Assembly: GCA_950097015.1 (NCBI GenBank)
Contig: CATNEN010000034.1
Location: forward strand, 6,944,001 to 7,008,000
Source: Macrostomum hystrix
Lineage: Eukaryota; Animalia; Platyhelminthes
Direction of reading: 5' to 3'
Length of the DNA: 64,000 bases
The stretch's first letter is position 1. Each line of letters begins with the position of its first letter. The notes below the pieces were generated by a model. It searched no databases. It was not told where the DNA came from and was given only the letters and a program-made list of their open reading frames with translations. Both the position numbers and the translations under genes were made by a program. Of this stretch, positions 1-10,545 are shown one piece after another.

Positions 1-44
1 ATAAAAAACATATTAGTTAAAAAACGACACATTGTTGGTCCAAA

Positions 45-845
45 CTAGATTGTTGCCATTTCCGAACTCTTGTTTCCATTTCTAAACTTTTGTTACAATT
101 TATAATCTCTTGTTGCCATTTCTAAACTCTTGTTGCCATTGCCAAACTCTTGTTGTCATTTCTGAACTCTTGTTGCCATTTCTAAACTCTTGTTGTCATT
201 TCTGAACTCTTGTTGCCATTTCTAAACTCTTGTTGTCATTTCTAAACTCTTGTTGTCATTTCTAAACTCTTGTTGTCATTTCTGAACTCTTGTTGCCATT
301 TCTAAACTCTTGTTGCCATTGCCAAACTCTTGTTGCCATTTCTAAACTCTTGTTGTCATTTTAAACTCTTGTTGCCATTTCTGAACTCTTGTTGCCATTT
401 CTGAACTCTTGTTGTCATTTCTGAACTCTTGTTGCCATTTCTAAACTCTTGTTGTCATTTCTGAACTCTTGTTGCCATTTCTAAACTCTTGTTGTCATTT
501 CTGAACTCTTGTTGGCATTTCTAAACTCTTGTTGTCATTTCTAAACTCTTGTTGTCATTTCTGAACTCTTGTTGCCATTTCTAAACTCTTGTTGCCATTG
601 CCAAACTCTTGTTGTCATTTCTGAACTCTTGTTGCCATTTCTAAACTCTTGTTGTCATTTCTGAACTCTTGTTGGCATTTCTAAACTCTTGTTGTCATTT
701 CTGAACTCTTGTTGCCATTTCTAAACTCTTGTTGTCATTTCTGAACTCTTTTTGGCATTTCTAAACTCTTGTTGCCATTTCTGAACTATTGTTGCCATTT
801 ATAAACTCTTGTTGCCATTTCTAAACTCTTATTGTAATTGCCGAA
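45..845. repeat. About 20-bp tandem minisatellite (AAACTCTTGTTGCCATTTCT variants), about 40 copies, presumably in the last intron of ZNF622
   Basis: Directly visible tandem unit, ending about 115 bp before the acceptor of the ZNF622 terminal exon. Confidence 0.95.
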
Positions 846-962
846 GCTAAATTGTCATTAAGAATGTGTTGAATTCAGAAAAGTATACAATTTACTGTAT
901 TCACTTATCTATTTCCATTTCGATATTAAAAGCAAAGCCTTCGCGTCTCGGCCTCCTTCCAG

Positions 963-1328
963 ATTGGCGCGGACGGTGCTGAAGCCGCTGTCGGCGATGA
1001 CGACGACCAGGAGGAGGCGCCAACCGATCTGGAGACCTTCGAGCTGGTGCTACCTTCAGGAGCGGTTGTCGGCCATCGCAGCCTCATGCGCTACTACAGA
1101 CAGTCGCCGGCGCCAACTCGCGCCGTAGCTCTGGCCGGCGGCGGCAGCCAGCGGTTGCTAGCTCAGTACAGGTCCATCGGCTGGCACGGCCCGACCAGAA
1201 CTCAGGCCGAGCTGGCCACCCTGCGCGACAGGGCATTCGTGCAGCGGCATCGGCAGCGCGCGACTGTGCAGCTCGGCATGGGCGCCAACCGGCTGCAGAA
1301 ACATTTCCGGCATCAGAATCCCAAATAG
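963..1328 (+). CDS. ZNF622: Terminal coding exon of ZNF622/Rei1-like pre-60S maturation zinc-finger protein (earlier exons lie outside the window)
   Basis: Translation ...FELVLPSGAVVGHRSLMRYYRQ...LLAQYRSIGW...QLGMGANRLQKHFRHQNPK* matches the ZNF622 C-terminus (ELILPSGARVGHRSLMRYYKQ...QYRALGW...HFRVQ). Acceptor ttccag ends at 962; an alternative in-frame AG lies at 931-932. Confidence 0.9.
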   Translation: MGADGAEAAVGDDDDQEEAPTDLETFELVLPSGAVVGHRSLMRYYRQSPAPTRAVALAGGGSQRLLAQYRSIGWHGPTRTQAELATLRDRAFVQRHRQRATVQLGMGANRLQKHFRHQNPK

Positions 1329-2361
1329 ACTTCTGATAGGTTGTGTGCGTGTCTGGGCTTATGCTTTATTAGTAGCTGGGGATGTTTACCCAAAGATTGG
1401 GTTGCCAGCATAATTAATCTTTTGGTGAAATATCCCATTCACAGAAATCCCACTTTTACTAAAAATCCCAATAACAAAAATTCATTTTTCAAACTAAACG
1501 TACCACTGAATCAAATCCCGAATTTGTCCAATTATCCTATTCACAAAAGCTCCACAACTTACTAAAAATCCCATTTGCAGAAAACACATATTTGAGCAAA
1601 TATCCCATTCCCATAAATCCCTTAAATTTGGCTAATTTTCCCATTCCTATAAATCACATATTTTACTAAATATCCCATTTACAGAAATCCCATTTCAGGA
1701 ATTTCTTTATCTGACCAGATACCGCATGGATGAGACAGTAATTAATTATTATGATCATTGAGTCCAGAAGTAAAGTAACTATTTTTTATTATACTTTTAA
1801 TCAACTGACGTCTTTGTTCCGGTTTAAATGTTGTGCAACAAGAAGAGTGCGACCCGCAGCATCTTCATATCCAGATTCAGTAACTGACAAAATACACAGC
1901 TTTCCGAGTTTAATAAACGTCGTTGTCTGTTATTTTGTTTCTACTAAGGATTAAAACGAGTTTGTCTTGTATCGTATTATTTTCTAAACAAGCAATCTTA
2001 GGTTTAGGTTAGTTTCCTGTAAAGATAGGAAATTTGCCCTGAACCGCATGGTTTTGCAATGCCGTGGGATCGCCAAAGCAGCGGTCAGGTAATTAGTTTT
2101 TTTTGTTCCCAAAGGATTTGAATGTTTCCGATGCCTTGCTTCTGTTTCTGCCCACCTGACTGGCTTAACGGCTAGTTAGTGAAAATGGGAATCTTTGCGA
2201 ACAGATGAGATTGCTTCATGAGGCCATGTCTCCAGTCCTTGCTTTTCTCTCTACCCTTTTTTCTTAATCAGTCTGGTTTGACAGTGGGGACGAATAGAAG
2301 TAGACTTGGGTTTTCTCACTGTTCATACTTTTGTTAAAATGCACCTGCACGAGTCGTTGCT

Positions 2362-2516
2362 TATAAAATGAGGGCATCGACCCCCCGCTTCTTGTCCTCC
2401 TCACTTAATCTGTTGGATTAAAAAAATACTGTGCTCTGATACGCGTGATCTTGAATTTACCCAAGTCTGGCTAAGTTATTACTTTAGATTTTAACAGAAA
2501 TGTTTTCTAGATATCG
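2362..2516 (+). promoter_or_regulatory. Putative ALAS TATA box and first exon ending at donor GTAAGT (2517)
   Basis: TATAAAA at 2362-2368; strong donor CG|GTAAGT at 2516/2517; pyrimidine-rich acceptor ccccccccgcag ending at 3456, 10 nt before ATG 3467. Confidence 0.45.
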
Positions 2517-2574
2517 GTAAGTATGATTTTAGAATGCGCTTTAATTTGCTTAATTCTTTCTTCATTTTTTAGGA

Positions 2575-3075
2575 ATGAACTGACGGATTATTACTGACAG
2601 ACACGTTGCTGACAGATATGTTGCTGACAGGAATGAGCTGACGGATAAGTGTTCACAAGAATGAGCTGACGGATTATTGCTGACAGGATTGATTTGATGC
2701 AATTTTTGATGACAGGATTATGCTGACAAATTGTTGCTGACGGGATTGTGCTCACGGAATATTTGATGACAGGATTATGCTGACAAATTGTTGCTGACGG
2801 GATTGTGCTGACGGATTATTTGATGACAGGATTGTGCTGACGGATTATTGCTGACAGGATTGAGTTGATGGAATATTTGCTGACAGGATTGAGTTGATGG
2901 AATATTTGATGACAGGATTGAGCTGACGGAATATTTGATGACAGGATTGAGCTGACGGAATATCTGAACACAGGATTGTGCTGACGGAATTTTTGATGAC
3001 AGGATTGAGCTGACGGAATATTTGATGACAGTATTGAGCTGATAGATTGTTGCTGACCGGATTTTGCTGACAGAT
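2575..3075. repeat. Degenerate about 20-bp minisatellite (CTGACAGGATTGAGCTGACGGAATATTTGAT-like) in putative ALAS intron 1
   Basis: Directly visible tandem units. Confidence 0.9.
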
Positions 3076-3466
3076 TGCTGCTTCTCCCCTGTGACAGTAC
3101 TCGTAAATTAGATTTCATTCGTTGTAAATCTGACCAGACAGGGCGTGGAAATGACTCAGTTGGAAGTTCTGTCGCTAGAGGAAAGATTAGCCGCAAAGTC
3201 ACATGCTTTTTGGTAGTAAGTTTGGTTGCAAAGCCTGCATTTTGGGTGCCGTCGAGTTGTGAATAGATAAGATGCTATTTATCTTAGCAGCAACTGCTGG
3301 CAAGAGAGTGTGGGAAAATCTAACTCTACTGGGCGTGTCAAGTGCGGTGCCAGCTCGGTTGTCTGCTAAATCATTCGCCTAGGCAGCTATGTGAAAATTA
3401 GGTGAAATTATAGGTGAAAATCTATGTGAAAAAACGTGCCGACCCCCCCCCCGCAGCCCAGTCGCC

Positions 3467-5587
3467 ATGCTGTCCTGCCCGTTCCTGAACCATCTGCCCA
3501 GCGGCCTGATCCAGTCGCGGCCTTGGTCCCTGCTGCGCTTTGCCCAACGCTGCCCCGTCATTGGCAAGCACATCCAGCGAGCCATGACCACCGGGGACCA
3601 GCTAGCGTCTCTGCCGCAGCTGCAGCATCAGCAGCAGTCGGCCTCTCTGCCTCCGCCGCCGCCTCCGCCTTCGCAGGTGCCGCAGCAGAAGCAGGTTGAG
3701 AAGTGCTCAACTAAATCTGCCGCTCCTTCTGGCCACTGTCCGTTTCTTAGCGGCCGCCTTGACGCCGCTGATGCCGCCGTCTGCGGCCTGTCGCCGCCCA
3801 GCCAGTGTCCGTACAGCCGCATGGCCGGCCGGCCCCTCACCGTCTGCTGCATGGCCGAGGAGCGACCGAGCCCTCAGCCGGCGGCTTCGTCCGAGCTGGC
3901 CGCCGCTGTAGCAGCCGCCGCCCCGGCCTATAACTACAAGGCTAAATGCGAGGAACAGCTGCAGCGCAAGCGAGCCGATCACAGCTATCGGGTGTTTCGC
4001 AAGGTCAACAGGCGCGGCCCGAGCTTCCCCCTGGCTGAGGAGCACACCGGCTTCCCTAAGGACATCACAGTATGGTGCAGCAACGACTACCTGGGCATGA
4101 GCTGGCATCCCAGGGTGCAGGAGGCGGTCATTCAGGCCGCCAGGCAGCACGGAGTTGGATCCGGCGGCACGCGCAACATATCGGGCAACACCATTCACCA
4201 TGAGGCTCTGGAGGCAGAACTGGCCGACTGGCACGGCAAGGAGGCCGCCCTGCTCTTCACCTCTTGCTACGTGGCTAATGAGGCCACGCTGCACACGCTG
4301 GGCCAGCTGCTGCCAGGCTTGGTGTTTCTGTCGGATTCTGGCAATCACGCCAGCATGATTCACGGAATACGGACTAGCGGCTGCCGCAAGGTGAGCTTTT
4401 GCGCCCATAAGCATTGACTAGTGTTCCAGTTTATTCAGTTTTTATTGCTTTTAGGGTTAGTTAAGTCCCGTTTTCTTCCCAGATCCCCAGTGAAGTCCCG
4501 TTTTTTCCCAGACCCCAGTGAAGTCCCGTTTTCTTCCCAGATCCCCAGTGAAGTCCCGTTTTTTCCCAGACCCTAGTGAAGTCCCGTTTTCTTACCAGAT
4601 CCCCAATGAAGTCCCGTTTTTTCCCAGACCCCAGTAAGTGTCCCGTTTTATTCCCAGACCCCAGTGAAGTCCCGTTTTCTTCCAAGATCCCCAGTGAAGT
4701 CCCGTTTTATTCCCAAATCCCCAATTAAATCCTGTCTTAACATCCCTAATAAATGAAACACTTATTTCATTCCTCAGATAATTTTCCCGCACAACAATGT
4801 CAACCGTCTGCGCGAGGAGCTGCTGAAGCTGCCACGCGAGGCGCCCAAACTGGTAGCATTTGAGACCGTCCACTCCATGACTGGCGACATCAGCCCGCTG
4901 GGCGATCTGTGCAGCCTGGCCCACCAATTCGGCGCGCTGAACTACGTAGACGAAGTGCACGCCGTCGGCATGTACGGCAGCCAGGGCGCCGGTGTCGGCG
5001 AGCGGGACAACTGCCTGCCCAGCATGGACCTCATCAGCGGCACCCTTGGCAAGGCCATCGGCAACATCGGCGGCTACGTCGCTGGCGACGCCACCGTCAT
5101 CGACGCCATTCGCAGCTACGCCAGCGGCTTCATCTTCACTACCAGCCTGCCGCCGACTGTGCTAGCCGGGGCTCGGGCCTCCCTGGCCGTACTGCGCTCG
5201 GCCGAAGGCGTCGAGCTTCGCCAGCGTCACCAGGCCTCCGTCCGGTTGCTCAGAGACGCCCTGCAGTCCCGCGGCCTACCGGTGATCCCGGCGCCCAGTC
5301 ACATCATACCGCTGCACGTTGGCGATCCGCAGGTTGCTCAGGCCATCTCCGAGCACATGATGCACAAGTGCGGCGCCTACATTCAGGCCATTAATTATCC
5401 CACGGTTGCTAGGGGCGACGAGCGGCTCCGCCTGGCCCCGACTCCGCATCATACCCAGCCCATGATTGAGCGCCTGGCCAACCAGCTGGCTGAAGCCTTT
5501 CGCCTGGAGGGCTCGCACCTTCTGGAGCCCGCCGCCTTATCGGCTGGAGCTCCGCCTCTGTGTCAGCAGCTGGGCATGGCGGCTTGA
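3467..5587 (+). CDS. ALAS: 5-aminolevulinate synthase (mitochondrial, PLP-dependent). Exons 3467-4390 and 4778-5587, 577 aa; possible 9-aa N-terminal extension from 2500-2516
   Basis: Motifs VWCSNDYLGMS, GSGGTRNISG, LFTSCYVAN, SDSGNHASMIHGI, VAFETVHSM, VDEVHAVGMYG, SGTLGKA (PLP lysine), FIFTTSLPP, QAINYPTV and LRLAPTPHH; N-terminal CP heme-regulatory motifs. The phase-0 GT-AG intron 4391-4777 restores ...GCRK|IIFPHNNV. Confidence 0.97.
4455..4735. repeat. About 31-bp minisatellite (CCCCAGTGAAGTCCCGTTTTCTTCCCAGAT-like) filling the ALAS coding intron
   Basis: Directly visible and confined between donor 4391 and acceptor 4777. Confidence 0.9.
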
Positions 5588-5769
5588 TGCTCCACTTGGT
5601 TGCCATTGGTTACTAACTCGGCCCCCCACCTGTGTGCGCTTTTCTGTGTGTGTTAGAAAGCCGCGGTTCGTTTTCCCTATTCTCAGGTCGCTCACGGTAA
5701 AACATTTGCGGGCATTGATGAGTAATTTAAACTAATCTAATACAGCTTCCCTGCCTAAATCTTGCTTCA

Positions 5770-6200
5770 GGAATCCTGTTAGTTTAGGGAATCCCCGAAT
5801 GGAACACGTGACATTCAGGAATCACCAAAAGGGAATCTGACTTTTGTGGATTCCCCAAAGAAATCTAAAATTTGGTTAATTCCTAATGAGAGACTTCTGG
5901 GATTCCCATAAAGAATCTAAACTTGGGGAATACCCAACGAGAGACTTTTGGGATTCCCCTAAAGAATTTAAATTTGGGGAATACCCTAAAAGGGACTTTT
6001 GGGATTCCCATAAAGAATCTAAACTTTGGGAATACCCAACGAGAGACTTTTGGGATTCCCCTAAAGAATCTAAATTTAGGGAATACCCTAAAAGGGACTT
6101 TTGGGATTCCCCTAAAGAATCTAAATTTGGTGAATACCCAATGAGAGACTTTTGGGATTATCTAAGAAACCTAAATATTGGAAATCCCTAATGGGGAACT
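5770..6200. repeat. 51-bp tandem repeat (GAGACTTTTGGGATTCCC...GGGGAATACCC) downstream of ALAS
   Basis: Period of 51 (for example 5890 and 5941). Confidence 0.85.
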
Positions 6201-7084
6201 TTAAATATACAATTGTGGGCGGGATTTAAATCTGTGAAGAGGCCTAGAGAGTTTTGGTGAAACAACTGCTTTAGCTCCCTGTAAGAAATTTGCTTTAAAA
6301 AGCTTTTCGCTCACTTTTTTGTCAAACGAGCTCTTTTTTCCCTTTAGCAGTTTCGCTTTGTTGTTGCAACGCATCGCGTACTGTATGCTGTTGTCCAAGT
6401 TTAACTGCAGTTTCAAAGCCAGCAGCTTATTATGATGATCAAAGTAAAAGATACCTTATTATAGCATTATTGTCCGCACAAAAGCCAATGCTACTCATTT
6501 GTTAAGCGCGTCACAAATTCACGAATTAAATTAAACTATCAATCCATTTTTTAAAGACGGATATTTATCAGTTTTCAATTTTCTGTGTGGAAAATTCTCC
6601 CCGCGAATGTTTGCAGTTTAATTTTTCTTTCTAATTACCAGACATTCACGGGGGGATCAGCCGTGCTTTGCTGTTTTTTTGGTTCTTCTCCGTTTGATTC
6701 CATTTGGCACTCTGTAAATTGTGGGATGTTTGTTGCAGGAGTGCCAAATGGATTCTTTTTCAGCTAAGCAAAGTATTGTTATTTACGGAAAGAATATTTA
6801 TGCTTTAATTTGTAGGACTTTCTGTTCACAAATAGCATTCACATGAGTTTTCTCTCATGTAATCGTCTATGTCTGTGACTGTCATTGTAATGTGCTGTTG
6901 CGCAAAATTTGATTTAATAGATATTTACAAGTAATTTATTTCCGTTTGAAAGCGCAAACATAGCGAATATAGCCATTATTTCACATAGCGGATATCCCTA
7001 ACTGTTTCTTTTGGCGTTTCGTCACCACATGCTGCAGAATGGTTGCTTTCGTGTCTCTTGTTTTCCACTGTCTAATAATCTAGA

Positions 7085-8685
7085 ATGGATTGTTGCTAAC
7101 TGGTAGGATGTGGAATGGATGTTTGCTAACTGGTAGGATGTGGAATGGATGTTTGCTAACTGGTAGGATGTGGAATGGATGTTTGCTAACTGGTAGGATG
7201 TGGAATGGATGGTTGCTAAATCGTAGGATGTGGAATGGATGGTTGCTAACTGGTAGGATGTGGAAGGGATGGTTGCTAACTCGTTGGATCTGGAAGGGAT
7301 GGTTGCTAACTCGTAGGATCTGGAAGGGGTGGTTGCTAACTCGTAGGATGTGGAAGGGGTGGTTGCTAACTCGTAGGATGTGGAAGGGGTGGTTGCTAAC
7401 TGGTAGGATGTGGAAGGGATGGTTGCTAACTCGTAGGATGTGGAAGGGGTGGTTGCTAACTGGTAGGATGTGGAAGGGATGGTTGCTGACTGGTAGGATG
7501 TAAAAGGGATGGTTGCTAACTGGTAGGATGTGGAAGGGATGGTTGCTAACTGGTAGGATGTGGAAGGGATGGTTGCTGACTGGTAGGATGTGGAAGGGAT
7601 GGTTGCTAACTGGTAGGATGTGGAAGGGATGGTTGCTGACTGGTAGGATGTAAAAGGGATGGTTGCTAACTGGTAGGATGTGGAAGGGATGGTTGCTGAC
7701 TGGTAGGATGTGGAAGGGATGGTTGCTAACTGGTAGGATGTGGAAGGGATGGTTGCTAACTGGTAGGATGTGGAAGGGATGGTTGCTAACTCGTAGGATG
7801 TGGAAGGGATGGTTGCTAACTGGTAGGATGTGGAAGGGATGGTTGCTAACTGGTAGGATGTGGAAGGGATGGTTGCTAACTGGTAGGATGTGGAAGGGAT
7901 GGTTGCTAACTGGTAGGATGTGGAAGGGGTGGTTGCTAACTCGTAAGATGTGGAAGGGATGGTTGCTAACTGGTAGGATGTGGAAGGGATGGTTGCTAAC
8001 TGGTAGGATGTGGAAGGGATGGTTGCTAACTGGTAGGATGTGGAAGGGATGGTTGCTAACTGTTAGGATGTGGAAGGGATGGTTGCTAACTGGTAGGATG
8101 TGGAAGGGATGGTTGCTAACTGGTAGGATGTGGAAGGGATGGTTGCTAACTGGTAGGATGTGGAAGGGATGGTTGCTAACTGTTAGGATGTGGAAGGGAT
8201 GGTTGCTAACTGGTAGGATGTGGAAGGGATGGTTGCTAACTGGTAGGATGTGGAAGGGATGGTTGCTAACTGTTAGGATGTGGAAGGGATGGTTGCTAAC
8301 TGGTAGGATGTGGAAGGGATGGTTGCTAACTGGTAGGATGTGGAAGGGATGGTTGCTAACTGGTAGGATGTGGAAGGGATGGTTGCTAACTGGTAGGATG
8401 TGGAAGGGATGGTTGCTAACTGGTAGGATGTGGAAGGGATGGTTGCTAACTGGTAGGATGTGGAAGGGATGGTTGCTAACTGGTAGGATGTGGAAGGGAT
8501 GGTTGCTAACTGGTAGGATGTGGAAGGGATGGTTGCTAACTGTTAGGATGTGGAAGGGATGGTTGCTAACTGGTAGGATGTGGAAGGGATGGTTGCTAAC
8601 TGGTAGGATGTGGAAGGGATGGTTGCTAACTGGTAGGATGTGGAAGGGATGGTTGCTAACTGTTAGGATGTGGAAGGGATGGTTA
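7085..8685. repeat. 30-bp minisatellite (TGGAAGGGATGGTTGCTAACTGGTAGGATG), about 53 copies
   Basis: Highly homogeneous tandem array; it explains the MWKGWLLTGR ORFs. Confidence 0.97.
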
Positions 8686-9976
8686 CCAAGCGCCGGTCAA
8701 AGAGTGTGGAAGTCCATTTGTATGTTGTGTAGCTGTGTAAAGTTTAGGAAGTTAATTAAAAAAATTACTTTCATATCTGCGACAGAAAGTGTATAGTGCT
8801 ACTATTATGGAGTAGTGTACTCCGTATTGCATTAATACGAGCTACATTTCAGTTTTATTTACGAACCTCTTATTTGAAGCTAGCCAAATTGCTCAGCTTA
8901 TTAATTAAGAAGAATCGTCTTGCTGTATTGACCAACTCAAACTCACCACCAGCCAATATTTTGAATCAGCCATCGGGTCTCTATTGAGTTTTCGGCAAGC
9001 TTTAGAATGGAAGGCTGGGCGCATCTCGCATTTTTAAACTAACTAGTGGTCTATAGCCTATAGACTGGCCTGCACTGAAGGCAGGAAGCTCGTCATGTTG
9101 CGGTTCTGACCACTGTCACTGAGTGGAGCTGGGGTAAAGCGTGCGCTGCCACCAGTGCCTGTGTTCCACCGTGAAGCCGGTGACCTGACTGATTTTTTAA
9201 TCTGGATCGGACCTCTATAAAAACCATGTCCATTGCCATTGTATATGAAGTTAAAATGAGTATAACAACTTCTCAAGCTGTAATACGAGTGGATACGAGT
9301 CGTCTTCTGGGACTTCGGTAGCTGATGCGGAGTAAGCTGGTACCTTTTTTAGTACTTTACCATCGGCACAACAGAATCTTTACAGGCATGACCCTACACA
9401 GACCTGAACCTTTTTACATGCCTGAACCTTTTTACATGCCTGAATTTTCTCACAGTTCTGAACCTTTCATCCCTGAACCACTTCACAGACCTGAACCTTC
9501 TCACAGTCCTGAACATTTGACATGCCTAAACTTGAAAAAAAATTAAATAGAGAAGCAGGAGCACTTCATCCACAATGCCCCTTGCAGCTAGGCTTCACTA
9601 AGTCAAGTTAGTGAAGCCTGGATAAGTACTGTTACGTTTCAGTGTATTGAAATTCCATCTTAGATCCAACCCGTCAATAAATGATAGCGTGGCACTGGCT
9701 GCTGCTCCTGTGTTTCGGCGCCTGTCAATATAAAAACTGTTTTGCCTACCAGCGAAATCTTGGGGGGGGGGTAAATCAGCTGCAAGACTTTGTCGTGCTT
9801 TTTTTAATAAGGCAGAAAATATCTGAAAAAATTCAGAAAAGACAATAAAGTGAGCACTTCTTTCTGACAGCTCACAGCAACTGTTCTGCTGTAAATTTTT
9901 CTATGAAAATTTTCGACAGTAAGAAATTCCCGACACCCAAAAATGTATTCGCTGTCACCACGCGATAACCATTCCG

Positions 9977-10545
9977 GCACCCCTCAGTCTCTGCCGACAC
10001 CCTCCACTGTTTCTCCTGACATCCTACTCAGTCTCTAGTGGTACCCTCCTCAGTCTCTCCTGTCACCCTCCCTCTCCTGACACCCTCTCTCCTGACACCC
10101 TCTCTCTCCTGACACCCTCCAATCTTTCTCCTGACATCCTCCTCAGTCTCTAGTGGTACCCTCCTCAGTCTCTCCTGTCACCCTCCCTCTCCTCTCACCC
10201 TCCCTCTCCTCTGTCTCTCCTGACACCCTCCTTCTCCTCTCACCCTCCCTCTCCTCTGTCTCTCCTGACACCCTCCCTCTCCTGACACCCTCCCTCTCCT
10301 CAGTCTCTCCTGTCACCCTCCCTCTCCTCTCACCCTCCCTCTCCTCTGTCTCTCCTGACACCTCCCTCTCCTGACACCCTCTCTCTCCTGGCACCCTCTC
10401 TCTCCTGACACCCTCTCTCTCCTGACACCCTCTCTCTCCTGACACCCTCTCTCTCCTGACACCCCTCTCTCCTGACACCCTCCCTCTCCTGACACCCTCC
10501 CTCTCCTGACACCCTCCCTCTGCTGACAACCTCTCTCTCCTGAAC
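9977..10545. repeat. CT-rich block A, copy 1 (CTCTCCTGACACC units with a complex leader)
   Basis: The leader GGCACCCCTCAGTCTCT...CTCAGTCTCTAGTGGTACCCTCC recurs at 14317. Confidence 0.9.

Noticed and set aside
2270-3466. Iron-responsive element in the ALAS 5' region
   Set aside because: CAGTGG at about 2282 lacks the 5-bp upper stem and C bulge; no CAGUGN stem-loop in the putative 5'UTR.
3707-5394. Long antisense and alternative-frame ORFs over ALAS
   Set aside because: Expected by-products of GC-rich codon-biased exons.
5890-6140. Array of NF-kB-like GGGATTCCC(C) sites in the 51-bp repeat
   Set aside because: The motif is short and arises within a repeat 3' of ALAS with no nearby promoter; no support for function.
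7090-8796. Long MWKGWLLTGR-repeat ORFs (137 and 377 aa)
   Set aside because: A stop-free frame of a 30-bp minisatellite; no signal peptide, splice context or non-repetitive domain. Sporadic TAA codons break the array.
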